A DNA stretch of 62,637 bases, counting the filler, from Nitrospirota bacterium (lineage in GTDB: Bacteria; UBA2233): the NCBI GenBank assembly GCA_011620345.1. It is 12 parts of 12 records of this genome, joined end to end, with 100 filler letters (N's around TTAATTAATTAA, not from the genome) between each part and the next. Parts side by side here need not be neighbours in the genome. Positions count along the whole stretch, not along the records: positions 1 to 3,647 come from WOZJ01000045.1; positions 3,748 to 20,882 come from WOZJ01000029.1; 10 more parts are not named here. The stretch is one strand, 5' to 3'. This document shows positions 1 through 9,729 of the stretch, one piece after another. The position numbers and the translations under genes are program-made. The notes beneath the pieces were generated by a model. That model worked only from the letters and a program-made list of their open reading frames with translations. It ran no database searches and was not told where the DNA came from. The stretch's first letter is position 1. Each line of letters opens with the position of its first letter.

Positions 1-9
1 CATTGTAGC

Positions 10-701
10 ATGGCCTCGAAGACCCTAAAAGCGCTTGAAATAGACGGTATTTTTGGAGGCCTCCTTGCTTCGATGGCCGGTATAATGGTGGGCTATATCA
101 GCGTAACTCAGGGGGTTTTGGAAACTACCAGCATGGTGGAGCCCGCCAACCAGTCTTCAACCGCTTTTTACGGGCTCTTTAAGTTTTGGCTGGCGAACGC
201 GTTCTTCTCGTTGGTCTGGCGCTGCTCGATTCCTGGGGGAGGCGTCCGCTCGCATTGGTAAGCGTGGGCCTTTTGGTCGTCGCACTGAATATGATAGACC
301 TCGTGTTCCTCTCTCCCGGGCTCTTTGGGGGGAAGACTGGGGCGCTAGCGGCGATCGGTCTGTTTGTAAGCGCCTTCGCCGTCGGGTTCGGTCCTATTCT
401 TTGGGTTTACGCTGCAGAGTTGTTCCCGTTTACCTTGAGAGCCAAGGGCGCCTCCGTCATGGCTTGTGTCCACTGGCTGACCAACGGTTTCTTGCAAGCC
501 GGTCTTCGTTCGGTCGAGGATGGAGGCAGGCTGTTCGGAGCGTTTTGGGTATACGCACTTTTGACGGCGGTTGCATGGATTGTTTTTTATGTATTTCTTC
601 CTGAAACGAAACACCGTCCAGCCGAAATTCCTCTCGTGCGTGCATCACGTAAGGCCTCTTCTCCCCCTGCCGCAGTTGGTCAACCTCAATCCACCACCTA
701 A
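10..701 (+). pseudogene. Degraded MFS sugar-porter transporter (internal deletion plus frameshift near 215)
   Basis: Frame 3 has the sugar-porter C-half motifs LLDSWGRR, GFGPILWVYAAELFP..LRAKG and FLPETK. Frame 1 has a TM1-like GGLLASMAGIMVGY and LANAFFSL, which continues in the other frame as GLALLD. Total is only about half the usual length. Confidence 0.6.
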
Positions 702-759
702 TTTTGCACAAAGGCGTGGAAATAGTTCAGCCGGCACTGTCGCCCGCCTCGAAGAAGGC

Positions 760-1095
760 TGGCAGAAAGAACGTGGCCTGAGCTGTCCCCGCCTCGCCCA
801 AGATGGCAATCTTGGCATTTGGGTCGCCTTGAGCAACGTCTACCCTGATGCCTCGGAGCGGCGCTGCTGGAACCATAAAATCGTCAACGTGCCGGACAAG
901 CTACCCAAGAAGGCGCGGCCTCGGGTTAAGCGGCGAGTGCAGGAGATGGCCTATGCCGAAAGCCGAGCGGAGGTCGAAGAGAAACGAGCCCTGTTTCTGA
1001 GGTGGTGCCAGAAAGAAGGCTACCGGGCGGCCGGAGACACGCTGCTTTGCTACTGGGAAGGGATGGTCACCTTCTACCGGTTCCCGAAGGAGTAG
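760..1095 (+). mobile_element. IS256-family transposase remnant
   Basis: DGNLGIWVALSNVYP...RRCWNHKIVNVPDKLPK...TFYRFPKE matches the IS256 core (DG..G.W.AL..V.P...QRC..HK..N). It is truncated at both ends. Confidence 0.8.
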
Positions 1096-1730
1096 TACTG
1101 TTTAGTGGCGATGATGAGCTTGGAATCTCCAGACGGGGACGTTTCCTTGGTTACCCCTTCGAACGACGCAGAAAAACATGTCAACTCGTCTTTTAGCGTA
1201 TGCAGCCCCTTCCATCCTACAGTGAGCATCCTGATGGCAAAAAGAACCCTGAGGACGGGCTTTTTCGGCGTTTCGTACTCCATGACGAATAGCCTGCCCC
1301 CAGGGCGCAGTACCCTTCTTGCCTCCTTGAGCATACCTGCCATCTCAAGTGCATTCAGCTCGTAAAAAGCATGCGAGCAGGTTACGGCGTGGAACGTCCC
1401 CGGTTTAAACGGCAAGGCTCTAGCGGTGGCCTGGACCAGAGCTACGTTGCAAAGTCCAAGGCTTAAGGCCTTAGCCTTTGCGCGTCTTAGCATACCCATG
1501 GAAAAATCGAGGCCGACGACGATAGAGGCTTCCTTTCTGGCCTTAGCGAACGCAAGGGCCACCGCGCCCGTTCCCGTGCACAGGTCTAAGATCAGCCCGC
1601 CTTCTGGCACTTTGGCCCTTGCTACAAGAAAGCCTCTAAGCCCCTCTTGCTTGTCCTTTGAGTGGAGCCTCACAAAGGGGTCGTAGAAGCTGGAGAACGC
1701 ATCGTAGTAAAGCCTCCTTAAAAGGCCCAC
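1074..1730 (-). CDS. Class I SAM-dependent methyltransferase (UbiE/MenG-like)
   Basis: ILDLCTGTG, GLDFSMGML, LPF, RRVLRPGG motifs. Confidence 0.85.
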   Translation of the reverse strand: MGLLRRLYYDAFSSFYDPFVRLHSKDKQEGLRGFLVARAKVPEGGLILDLCTGTGAVALAFAKARKEASIVVGLDFSMGMLRRAKAKALSLGLCNVALVQATARALPFKPGTFHAVTCSHAFYELNALEMAGMLKEARRVLRPGGRLFVMEYETPKKPVLRVLFAIRMLTVGWKGLHTLKDELTCFSASFEGVTKETSPSGDSKLIIATKQYYSFGNR

Positions 1731-1742
1731 ACCTAGAGCTCC

Positions 1743-2234
1743 TCACTCCCCAAAGCGCGCATCGGCCCTGTGGCGGGAGGCATCTTCCATCACCCCTTCC
1801 ATCCAGCCTAAGCGGGTGACTTCCCTTATGTCAAACTTAGGGACGTAGGGCTTGATGTCCAGTACGGGGGTCTTATCCAGTATGTCCAGCCCAGCGACAC
1901 GCAAGAGCCATCCCTCCCTAGCCTTTAGCTCTACTATGGAAAGTCCGATGGGATTTGGCCTTGAAGGTGCCCTTGTGGCGAACACCCCAACCTCAATATC
2001 TTTTAAGAAGGGTTTTACTTTAAGCTTGGCTTCTTTTGCCCTATCAAAAACGTACAACACATAGATATGGCTGAAGCCTTCGATACCCTCAAGCCCTTCT
2101 TGATAAGGCGCAAAGATTTCGATGGTCCCTGGGGTCTCGTTATCAAAACTCGGCTGAATCGGGGTTCCCACCTTCTCTTTATAGGGGCTGTGGACGATGC
2201 CGATAGGATGGAATGTAACGGGCTCTAGGCTCAT
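1743..2234 (-). CDS. trmO: TrmO/TsaA-family tRNA m6t6A37 methyltransferase-like protein
   Basis: GVFATRAPSRPNPIGLS and TPVLDIKPY signatures. Confidence 0.9.
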   Translation of the reverse strand: MSLEPVTFHPIGIVHSPYKEKVGTPIQPSFDNETPGTIEIFAPYQEGLEGIEGFSHIYVLYVFDRAKEAKLKVKPFLKDIEVGVFATRAPSRPNPIGLSIVELKAREGWLLRVAGLDILDKTPVLDIKPYVPKFDIREVTRLGWMEGVMEDASRHRADARFGE

Positions 2235-2237
2235 GGG

Positions 2238-2606
2238 TTAGACCATCCTCCCTTTTGTAGGAACGTTAACTTTTAGCGTTGAACGACTAAACGTAGGGGT
2301 GCCGCCAGCCTCGCGAACCCTTGTTTTGAGTCCTTCTTGGTCGTGAACCAGAATCCCAGAAAGGAGCGTTACGGGGGTCTTTGAGAACGCCTCAGGAAAA
2401 AGCGGGCACGAGGGGCCAAGCAGCACGACTTCTCTGGCTTTAGTCAAGCAGGAAGCTAGGCCATCGAACGCGCCCGTCAAGAGCGTCGTCGCCGTAAGGA
2501 GTACGACATCGCACTCAGGGAGGGCCTTATAGGCTTCTTGCTCAGAAAGAATAAACGTATTATTTTTGAGCAACGACGGGTTCCTTTCAAAAACGCGCAG
2601 ATTCCC
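2238..2606 (-). pseudogene. DUF364 (Rossmann-like) protein, C-terminal part only
   Basis: LRVFERNP...LPECDVVLLTATTL...VVLLGPSCP. An in-frame TAA lies just upstream of LRVFERNP and the N-terminal domain is absent. Confidence 0.6.
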
Positions 2607-2635
2607 CCTTTAATGCCATGTGCCCGAGCAAATCT

Positions 2636-3067
2636 TCAAGAATCATGCATGCCTCTCAGTGCGCCGTAAACAAAAGAACCAAAGAGGCTATTTGCTACGA
2701 TATACTCACCGTTTCTTTGGTCCTCCAGGGTCACGGCATTTGAAGGACACGCGAGCTTACACACGCCGCAACCTTCACAGCGAATCGGGTCCACCTCGAA
2801 CAGGCCGTTATTTTCAAGGATAGCCCCGAACCTGCAAGCCCTAAGGCACTCCCCACAGCCATTGCAGACTTTTTGGTCAATCCGGGCCTTTTTGCCGCCG
2901 GTAAAAGGAAATACCCGCCCGGTTTTAGGTTCAAGGAGAACGGGCAGGTCAGGGGCGTCCACGTCGCAGTCTACGATAATCTTCCTTTGGAGTGCGCCCG
3001 CCAAGGAGGCTACGAGCGTGGTCTTCCCCGTGTCACCCTTGCCGCTTAGGACAACAAGCTCTTTCAT
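2636..3067 (-). pseudogene. MinD-superfamily P-loop ATPase with inserted 2x[4Fe-4S] ferredoxin, C-terminally truncated
   Basis: SGKGDTGKTT (normally SGKGGTGKT), DCDVDAPDL, CNGCGEC..AC and CEGCGVC..AC. The ORF stops at 143 aa, before the D.PPG half. Confidence 0.7.
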
Positions 3068-3647
3068 TGTAAAGTCCTTGCAAGCAAATCTTGGGCGAGC
3101 CTCTCGAACGCTTGCCCGATGCCTGGAACGGCCTCTATCGCCAGCCTTCCTTCGGCATAGGCTTTGGCGATACGCACATCTTCGTTAAAGGCTGCCATGG
3201 GCTCTATGCGCATGTCGTAAAGTACGCCCATGGCTTCGCGCTCGCTAGATGGCAGCAAGCGGTTCAGCACCACACCGAAAGGAACCTTGAGCCTTTCTAG
3301 CATCTTGAGCGCCAGGCGAAAATCGCTAAGTCCAAAAGGTGTCGCCTCGAGGATTGCCAGGACGAACGAGACCCCTGAAAGCGCCTGGACGACTGGGCAT
3401 GATGTCCCCGGGGGGGTATCGATGATCGTCAAGGAGCTGGCTTTGGCCTTTTTCTGGACCGCCTCGATGACGGGCCCTGGCCTGGGGTAGCCGATATCGA
3501 GCATTCCCATGGCGAACGTCAAGCCATTTTTTCGGCCCTCGCTGATCGTCCCTATCGCTAGAGGCACCTCCTTGATGGCGTTTTTCGGACAGGGCAAAGA
3601 ATGGAGCTCTACCGAACACGGAACCAATCTTAGACTCAACCCTTTCT
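3064..3647 (-). CDS. MinD-superfamily ATPase with ferredoxin insert (paralog 1), 5' part missing near the contig edge
   Basis: IIDTPPGTSCPV, EATPFGLSD, GVVLNR, IAKAYAEG. Confidence 0.75.
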
Positions 3648-3747
3648 NNNNNNNNNNNNNNNNNNNNNNNNNNNNNNNNNNNNNNNNNNNNTTAATTAAT
3701 TAANNNNNNNNNNNNNNNNNNNNNNNNNNNNNNNNNNNNNNNNNNNN
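3648..3747. other. Artificial contig linker (N-run + TTAATTAATTAA). The same linker occurs at 20883-20982, 24416-24515, 26560-26659, 29919-30018, 33239-33338, 36446-36545, 51270-51369, 54391-54490, 57350-57449 and 60028-60127.
   Basis: Identical 100-nt spacer carrying stops in all six frames. Confidence 0.98.
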
Positions 3748-3838
3748 CGCTAACGGTGATCGGCAAAAAACAAAAAAATAGGGTTGGCTCGAGCCACATC
3801 CAGACACGGGAGCATAAGCATCCTTTCTTAAAAATTTG

Positions 3839-3867
3839 TTGTAATCCAAAAAAAACCTTTGTAGAAT
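3839..3867 (+). promoter_or_regulatory. Putative sigma-70 promoter of the hyp operon
   Basis: TTGTAA-N17-TAGAAT in an AT-rich stretch about 40 nt upstream of hypC. Confidence 0.5.
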
Positions 3868-3909
3868 AATAATGTTACTCGTCTGCACTTTAGATGAAAG
3901 CTTGAATCC

Positions 3910-4143
3910 ATGTGCCTAGCCATCCCTTCAAAAATCGTCGAGCTTAGGGGCCCGGGGCTTGCCGTTGCCGATACGCTAGGGACCACAAGGCTCGTCTCGC
4001 TCGATCTGCTCGAAGAGCCCCCTAGCGTGGGAGATTACGTCATTATTCACGTGGGCTACGCCATCCAAAGGCTCGATCCCAAGGATGCCCTGGAAACGAT
4101 GGATCTCTTCTTGGACCTCCTAGGGACAGACGATGACGCCTAG
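3910..4143 (+). CDS. hypC: Hydrogenase maturation chaperone HypC
   Basis: MCLAIP N-terminus; VGDYVIIHVGYAI. Confidence 0.97.
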   Translation: MCLAIPSKIVELRGPGLAVADTLGTTRLVSLDLLEEPPSVGDYVIIHVGYAIQRLDPKDALETMDLFLDLLGTDDDA

Positions 4144-5257
4144 AGGCGATACCGCCTCATTCCTAAACGCCCTTCGAGATCCAAAGCGCGCCAAACGGCT
4201 GTTAGGCGCCATCAAAGAGCTTACCGCCGAGCCTGTAGCCATTATGGAGGTGTGTGGTGGCCATACGCGTACGATCGTCCGCTACGGGCTCGAGCAGCTC
4301 CTTCCAAAAGAGATAAGTTTTTTGCACGGCCCCGGGTGCCCCGTTTGCGTCACGCCAAGAGAGCGCGTGGACATGGCCGTTGCGCTCGCCCAAAAAAGAG
4401 GGCTGGTGTTGGCTACGCTCGGCGATATGCTAAGGGTTCCGGGTTCATCCGGCTCGCTCTTACAAGCAAGAGCCTCTGGCTGCGATATACGGGTTGTCTA
4501 CTCGCCCCTGGACGTTCTAGCGTTGGCCAAGCAAAACCCCAAAAAAACGGTCGTGTTCTTCGCCATCGGGTTCGAGACGACCGCCCCGACGACGGCGGCG
4601 CTTCTGGAACGCTGCCTTATGGAAGGAATCCAAAACGTCAAGGTGCTCGTGAATCACGTGCTCGTCGCACCGGCTATCGAGGCCCTCCTTAAAGAAGACG
4701 GCAGCCGGATCGATGCCTTCATCGCTCCGGGGCACGTCTGCACGATTACGGGCACCGCACCCTTCGAGCCGCTCGCTTCTTCCTACCAAAAGCCTTTCGT
4801 GGTCAGCGGGTTCGAGCCATGGGATATCCTCCTTGGCCTTCATAACCTGCTAGGCATGATTGCCAATAAAGAAACGGGCGTAAAGATTGCCTACACGCGC
4901 GCCGTTTTGCCTCAAGGCAACCCCAAGGCCCTTTCTTTTATCGAACGTTTCTTTGATGTTCGAGAGAGCTTTCGCTGGCGCGGGCTCGGCAATATTCCAA
5001 AGAGCGCCTTGAGGCTCAAACACGAGTTCAGCGCGTTTGACGCCGAAAAGGCCTATGCAGGCGTATTTTCCTCCGACTCAAAGCCTGACCCGGAAGCCTG
5101 CCTTTGCGGCGAGGTGCTCAAGGGCAACGCAAAGCCTTCGGAGTGCGGCTTGTTTGGGCAAGCATGCACGCCCCAAGACCCTGTAGGCGCCTGCATGGTC
5201 TCTTCCGAGGGGGCCTGCGGGATTTACTTTCGCTACAAAGGTAGGGTGCCGGCATGA
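4133..5257 (+). CDS. hypD: Hydrogenase maturation protein HypD
   Basis: MEVCGGHT, HGPGCPVC, GFETT, PGHV, CMVSSEGAC. Confidence 0.97.
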   Translation: MTPRGDTASFLNALRDPKRAKRLLGAIKELTAEPVAIMEVCGGHTRTIVRYGLEQLLPKEISFLHGPGCPVCVTPRERVDMAVALAQKRGLVLATLGDMLRVPGSSGSLLQARASGCDIRVVYSPLDVLALAKQNPKKTVVFFAIGFETTAPTTAALLERCLMEGIQNVKVLVNHVLVAPAIEALLKEDGSRIDAFIAPGHVCTITGTAPFEPLASSYQKPFVVSGFEPWDILLGLHNLLGMIANKETGVKIAYTRAVLPQGNPKALSFIERFFDVRESFRWRGLGNIPKSALRLKHEFSAFDAEKAYAGVFSSDSKPDPEACLCGEVLKGNAKPSECGLFGQACTPQDPVGACMVSSEGACGIYFRYKGRVPA

Positions 5258-6246
5258 GCCGGGTTCTTTTGGCCCACGGGGGCGGGGGAGAGGCGATGCA
5301 CACGCTCCTAAAAGACGTTTTTTTCGCCGCCTTCGGTACCCCGGCTTGCCTAGAAGACGCGGCCCTTTTGAGGCTTGACCCGCGCATCGCCCTCACGACG
5401 GACGCCTTCGTCGTTTCGCCTTTATTCTTTAAGGGCGGGGACATCGGTAAGATCGCCGTTGCCGGGACGGTCAACGACCTTAGCGTCATGGGGGCAAGGC
5501 CAAGGTATTTGGCGGCAAGCTTCATCTTGGAAGAAGGGCTTGAAACCAGGCTGCTTGAGCGCATTGTTCGAAGCATGGCGTTGGAAACCAAGGCATCTGG
5601 CGTGCATATCGCCGCAGGCGACACGAAGGTCGTCCAGAAAGGCGCGGCGGACCAACTCTTTATCGTAACGACCGGGATCGGGGAAGTGGTCTATCCGGGC
5701 CTTTCGGCCTCCAAAGTTCAACCGGGGGATGCCATCTTGATCACCGGAACGGCGGGCGACCATGGCGCGGCCATCTTAGCCGAACGTGGCGAGTTCGGGC
5801 TTGAAGCCGACATTCAAAGCGATGCGGCCAGCCTCTGGGGGTTACTGGAGCCACTTTATACATCCGGTCTTACGCTCCATTCGCTCCGCGACCCGACCCG
5901 GGGCGGGGTTTCCGCCACGCTAAACGAGTGGGCCGGGGCATCAAGCATCGCCATCGAGCTGGATGAGGCCGCCATCCCCATCGCCCCCCCCGTCCTAGGG
6001 CTCTGCGAGCTTTTGGGGCTCGAACCCTTGGAACTGGCCTCGGAGGGCAGGGCCTTGATCGCGCTTCCTCAAAAAGAGGCCCAAGCTGCCCTTCGTTTGC
6101 TCCAAGCACACCCCTTAGGAGAGAACGCCACGCAAATAGGCGTAGCGCTTGCATCTTCCAGTCCGCAGGTTCTTATCCGAACGGGCTTTGGCTCAAAAAG
6201 GCTGCTCGATCCCCCTTTTGGCGAGCACCTGCCCAGGATCTGCTGA
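5254..6246 (+). CDS. hypE: Hydrogenase maturation protein HypE
   Basis: LAHGGGG, GDTKVV, RDPTRGG, C-terminal PRIC. Confidence 0.97.
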   Translation: MSRVLLAHGGGGEAMHTLLKDVFFAAFGTPACLEDAALLRLDPRIALTTDAFVVSPLFFKGGDIGKIAVAGTVNDLSVMGARPRYLAASFILEEGLETRLLERIVRSMALETKASGVHIAAGDTKVVQKGAADQLFIVTTGIGEVVYPGLSASKVQPGDAILITGTAGDHGAAILAERGEFGLEADIQSDAASLWGLLEPLYTSGLTLHSLRDPTRGGVSATLNEWAGASSIAIELDEAAIPIAPPVLGLCELLGLEPLELASEGRALIALPQKEAQAALRLLQAHPLGENATQIGVALASSSPQVLIRTGFGSKRLLDPPFGEHLPRIC

Positions 6247-6590
6247 TGCACGAGCTTTCGTTGGTGGCCGAAATCCTTCGTCTTGCCGAGCAGCATGCGC
6301 TTGAGCAAGGGGCCATGCGGGTTCGCGAAATCCGGCTCGAGGTGGGCGTGTTGTCCGGAGTAGAGCCAAGCCTCTTGAAGCGGGCCTTCGAGGCGCTCTC
6401 TATGGGTAGCCAAGCCGAAGGGGCCGAGCTGATTTTCGAAGCCAAGGGCCTTCTTCTGGCCTGCAAGGCTTGTCAAAAAGAAACCGAGGCCAAAGAACTT
6501 TCTATGCGGTGCCCCAACTGCGGCTCGCTTCAAACCCGAGTCCTGGCCGGAGAAGACCTTCTTTTGAAAACCATCGTGCTCGAAGCCTAA
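6246..6590 (+). CDS. hypA: Hydrogenase nickel insertion protein HypA
   Basis: MHELS, CKAC, CPNC. Confidence 0.95.
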   Translation: MHELSLVAEILRLAEQHALEQGAMRVREIRLEVGVLSGVEPSLLKRAFEALSMGSQAEGAELIFEAKGLLLACKACQKETEAKELSMRCPNCGSLQTRVLAGEDLLLKTIVLEA

Positions 6591-6593
6591 GGC

Positions 6594-8858
6594 ATGGAAC
6601 GTGTCCATATACGCCTCAAAGGGTGCCTGCAAGGCGTAGGGTTTCGGCCTTTCGTGTACAACACGGCCGAACGCTTGGGGCTTTTTGGATACGTCCGCAA
6701 CGACTCTTCTGGTGTCGAGCTCGAGCTAGAGGGCCAAAAGGTTGCCTTGGAGCACTTCCTTGTCTTGCTCGAAGAAAAAAAGCCCCGGCTGGCCCATATC
6801 GCCTCGAGAGAGCTGCAATTCCTCAAGCCATTCGGCTATGCAGACTTCCAGATCCTGCCAAGCACAAACCATGGCCCCAAAGAGTCTTCGGTCCTGCCCG
6901 ACATTGCGACCTGTGGCGAGTGCCTAAAAGAACTCGCCGACCCAAACGATATACGGTTCGCGCACCCCTTCATCACCTGCTGCCACTGCGGGCCAAGGTT
7001 CACGATCGTGACCGGGCTCCCTTACGACAGGCCAAACACGACGATGAACGCCTTTGAAATGTGTCTTGCATGCAAGGCGGAGTACAAAAACCCGCTCGAT
7101 CGCCGCTTCCATGCCCAGCCCATCGCTTGCCCAAGCTGCGGGCCGACGCTTTCCTTGTTTTCAAAAAAAGGCGAACTGCTGGGCCAAGGCAAAAAGGCCC
7201 TAGATAAGACGCTGGAGGCAATCAAGGCCGGTTTCACGCTTGCCCTCAAGGGAATAGGAGGCTACCACCTCATGGCGGATGCCCGCAATGAATCGGCCGT
7301 CCGAACACTTCGGGAGCGGAAGGGCAGGGCAAACAAGCCCTTCGCCGTGATGTTCCCAGACTTGGCCTCGATCCGTCGGTATGCCCTGCCGAGTAGGCTC
7401 GAAGAGGCGCTGATCTTGGCCCCGGAGCGGCCGATCGTACTCGTAAAATCCAAGCCTGCCATCTTGCCCGATACGATCGCCCCGGGTTTGGAGCGTATCG
7501 GTGTATTTTTGCCCTACAGCCCGCTCCACCACCTGATATTCAAGGCTCTCAAGGTCCCGCTTGTGGCTACCTCGGGAAATTTTTCAGAGGAGCCGATTGT
7601 AAAAGACGACGACGAGGCGCTTGAAACGCTCACACGCTACGCCGACCTTATCTTGATGCACGATAGGCCGATCGCACGCAGGTGCGATGATTCCGTCTTG
7701 AAGGTTACAGGCGGCATGCCCACCCTCGTTCGACGCTCGAGAGGCTACGCTCCTTTGCCCGTCCGGCTTCCCTTCCGGCTCAAGCGCAAAGTGCTGGCCG
7801 CCGGGGGGTTTTTGAAGAACACGGTTGCTTTAGGGTTTGAGGACCAAGTGATCCTTAGCCAGCACATTGGGGATCTTTCGAGCTTTGAGGCCATGGAAGC
7901 CTACCAAAGGGCTACCAAAGACCTGTGTGCCCTGTACGATTTTAAGCCGGCGCTGATCGTGCATGACCTGCACCCCGCTTACCCCTCTAGCAGGTGGGCA
8001 AAGGTCCAGACCAAGGCTCCAAGCGTCGGGATACAGCATCACTTCGCGCACGTGCTGGCCTGCATGGCAGAAAACGGGCTCGAGGACGAAGCTCTCGGGG
8101 TGGCCTGGGACGGCGCCGGCTTCGGAACCGACGGGACAGTATGGGGCGGAGAGTTTTTGGCCTGCACGTATACAGGCTTCAAGCGCCTTGCGCACTTTCG
8201 CCCCTTGAGGCTCATCGGCGGCGAGCTCGCCCAAAAAGAGCCAAGGCGCATGGCGCTCTGCGTCTTGTTCGAGCTTTTCGGCGAAGAGGCTCTCCAGCTC
8301 AAGCTGCCCCCGACGGAGTCGTTTTCAAAGCAAGAACTCCGCGTTCTTTTCGAGGCTTGGAAGCTAGGGATCAACGCGCCTTTGACGAGCTCTGCGGGCA
8401 GGCTTTTCGATGCGTTTGCCTCGCTCCTTGGGGTTTGCCAGGTGTCAAGCTACGAGGCGGAGGCGGCCATGAAACTCGAGACACTTCTCTCCAAAGAGAC
8501 GGTCAGCCCCTATCCTTTCACGATCGAGGCCGGTATGATCGATACCTTGCCCATGTTTGCCGAAGCGATTCGCGAAAACCTGCGTGGCGTTCCAACGGAG
8601 CGCATCGTCTCCAGGTTTTTGGCCACGCTTGCCGATGTTTGCTTTCGCGTGTCCGTGGATGCTGGCATCCCCCAAGTGTGCCTCACGGGAGGAGTGTTCC
8701 TGAACGACCCTTTGACAACCCGTGTCCAGGAAAAGCTAAAAGACGGGTTTCGAGTATTCCGGCACAACCACACTCCTCCCGGAGACGGAGGCATTTCGCT
8801 CGGGCAAGCCGTTTACGGGGGCATGATTGATCTTGAACAACCCCCAAACTTTCCTTGA
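6594..8858 (+). CDS. hypF: Carbamoyltransferase HypF
   Basis: QGVGFRPFVY acylphosphatase domain, zinc fingers, KGIGGYHL, DLHP, QHHFAH, DGGISLGQ. Confidence 0.97.
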   Translation: MERVHIRLKGCLQGVGFRPFVYNTAERLGLFGYVRNDSSGVELELEGQKVALEHFLVLLEEKKPRLAHIASRELQFLKPFGYADFQILPSTNHGPKESSVLPDIATCGECLKELADPNDIRFAHPFITCCHCGPRFTIVTGLPYDRPNTTMNAFEMCLACKAEYKNPLDRRFHAQPIACPSCGPTLSLFSKKGELLGQGKKALDKTLEAIKAGFTLALKGIGGYHLMADARNESAVRTLRERKGRANKPFAVMFPDLASIRRYALPSRLEEALILAPERPIVLVKSKPAILPDTIAPGLERIGVFLPYSPLHHLIFKALKVPLVATSGNFSEEPIVKDDDEALETLTRYADLILMHDRPIARRCDDSVLKVTGGMPTLVRRSRGYAPLPVRLPFRLKRKVLAAGGFLKNTVALGFEDQVILSQHIGDLSSFEAMEAYQRATKDLCALYDFKPALIVHDLHPAYPSSRWAKVQTKAPSVGIQHHFAHVLACMAENGLEDEALGVAWDGAGFGTDGTVWGGEFLACTYTGFKRLAHFRPLRLIGGELAQKEPRRMALCVLFELFGEEALQLKLPPTESFSKQELRVLFEAWKLGINAPLTSSAGRLFDAFASLLGVCQVSSYEAEAAMKLETLLSKETVSPYPFTIEAGMIDTLPMFAEAIRENLRGVPTERIVSRFLATLADVCFRVSVDAGIPQVCLTGGVFLNDPLTTRVQEKLKDGFRVFRHNHTPPGDGGISLGQAVYGGMIDLEQPPNFP

Positions 8859-8907
8859 AAAAATCCCAGTGGTACGATCAAATAACCAACAAAAGAGCCG
8901 AGCCTTT

Positions 8908-9723
8908 ATGTACCAATTCTCTTCCGCTCAAATCCCAACAGCCGCCAGGATGATCGGCCGGGCAAAAAGGCTCGTCGCGTTCACGGGCTCGGGCATGTCC
9001 AAAGAAAGCGGCATCCCGACGTTTCGGGACCCGGGTGGCCTGTGGGATCGCTTCGACCCAGAAGAGTTAAGCTTTCAAGCCCTCACCAAGAGCCTTGCCC
9101 AAGGCAGGCTTCCAAAAGGCGCCTTCGCGGCGTTTTCCTTGGAGTTTATCGAAACACTGAAGCGCGCGGCCCCGAACCCTGGGCATGCCGCGCTCAAAGC
9201 GTTCGAAGACTTAGGATTATTGAAGGCCGTGATTACCCAGAACATCGACAACCTGCATGCCGAAGCGGGCAACAAACATGTCCTCGAGCTACACGGCAAT
9301 ATTTACAGGTTCGTATGCTTGAACTGTCAAAAGAAACGCTTTTTTGGCAAAGAGGGTTTCTTTAGCTTGGCGCATGCCTTCATTGAAGCGCTCCAGAGCG
9401 CCGATGCTCAAAGGGTGCTTTCGGCCATCCCCCGCTGTGCATGCGGGGGAGCCATGCGGCCCGACATCGTAGGGTTCGGTGAACCGATCCAGGGTTTTGA
9501 CGGGGCGCTTTCGCTTACGATGCAATCCGACGTCTACTTGATTGTCGGCACCTCTGGGGAGGTGATGCCGGCTGCAAGCCTTCCAGAGCATGCCAAGCGC
9601 TCGGGTGCCACGCTGATCGAGGTCAACATCGCACACGGAGCCTTCCTTGAATATACAGACCTCTACATCCAAGGATCTGCCGCTACGGTCCTTCCGAGGA
9701 TTGTCCTAGAAATTGAGCGCTAA
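8908..9723 (+). CDS. Sir2-family NAD-dependent protein deacylase (atypical, with insertions)
   Basis: TGSGMSKESGIPTFR, TQNIDNLH, ELHG, CLNC..CAC, GTS. Start taken at ATG 8908. Confidence 0.88.
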   Translation: MYQFSSAQIPTAARMIGRAKRLVAFTGSGMSKESGIPTFRDPGGLWDRFDPEELSFQALTKSLAQGRLPKGAFAAFSLEFIETLKRAAPNPGHAALKAFEDLGLLKAVITQNIDNLHAEAGNKHVLELHGNIYRFVCLNCQKKRFFGKEGFFSLAHAFIEALQSADAQRVLSAIPRCACGGAMRPDIVGFGEPIQGFDGALSLTMQSDVYLIVGTSGEVMPAASLPEHAKRSGATLIEVNIAHGAFLEYTDLYIQGSAATVLPRIVLEIER

Positions 9724-9729
9724 AGAGGC

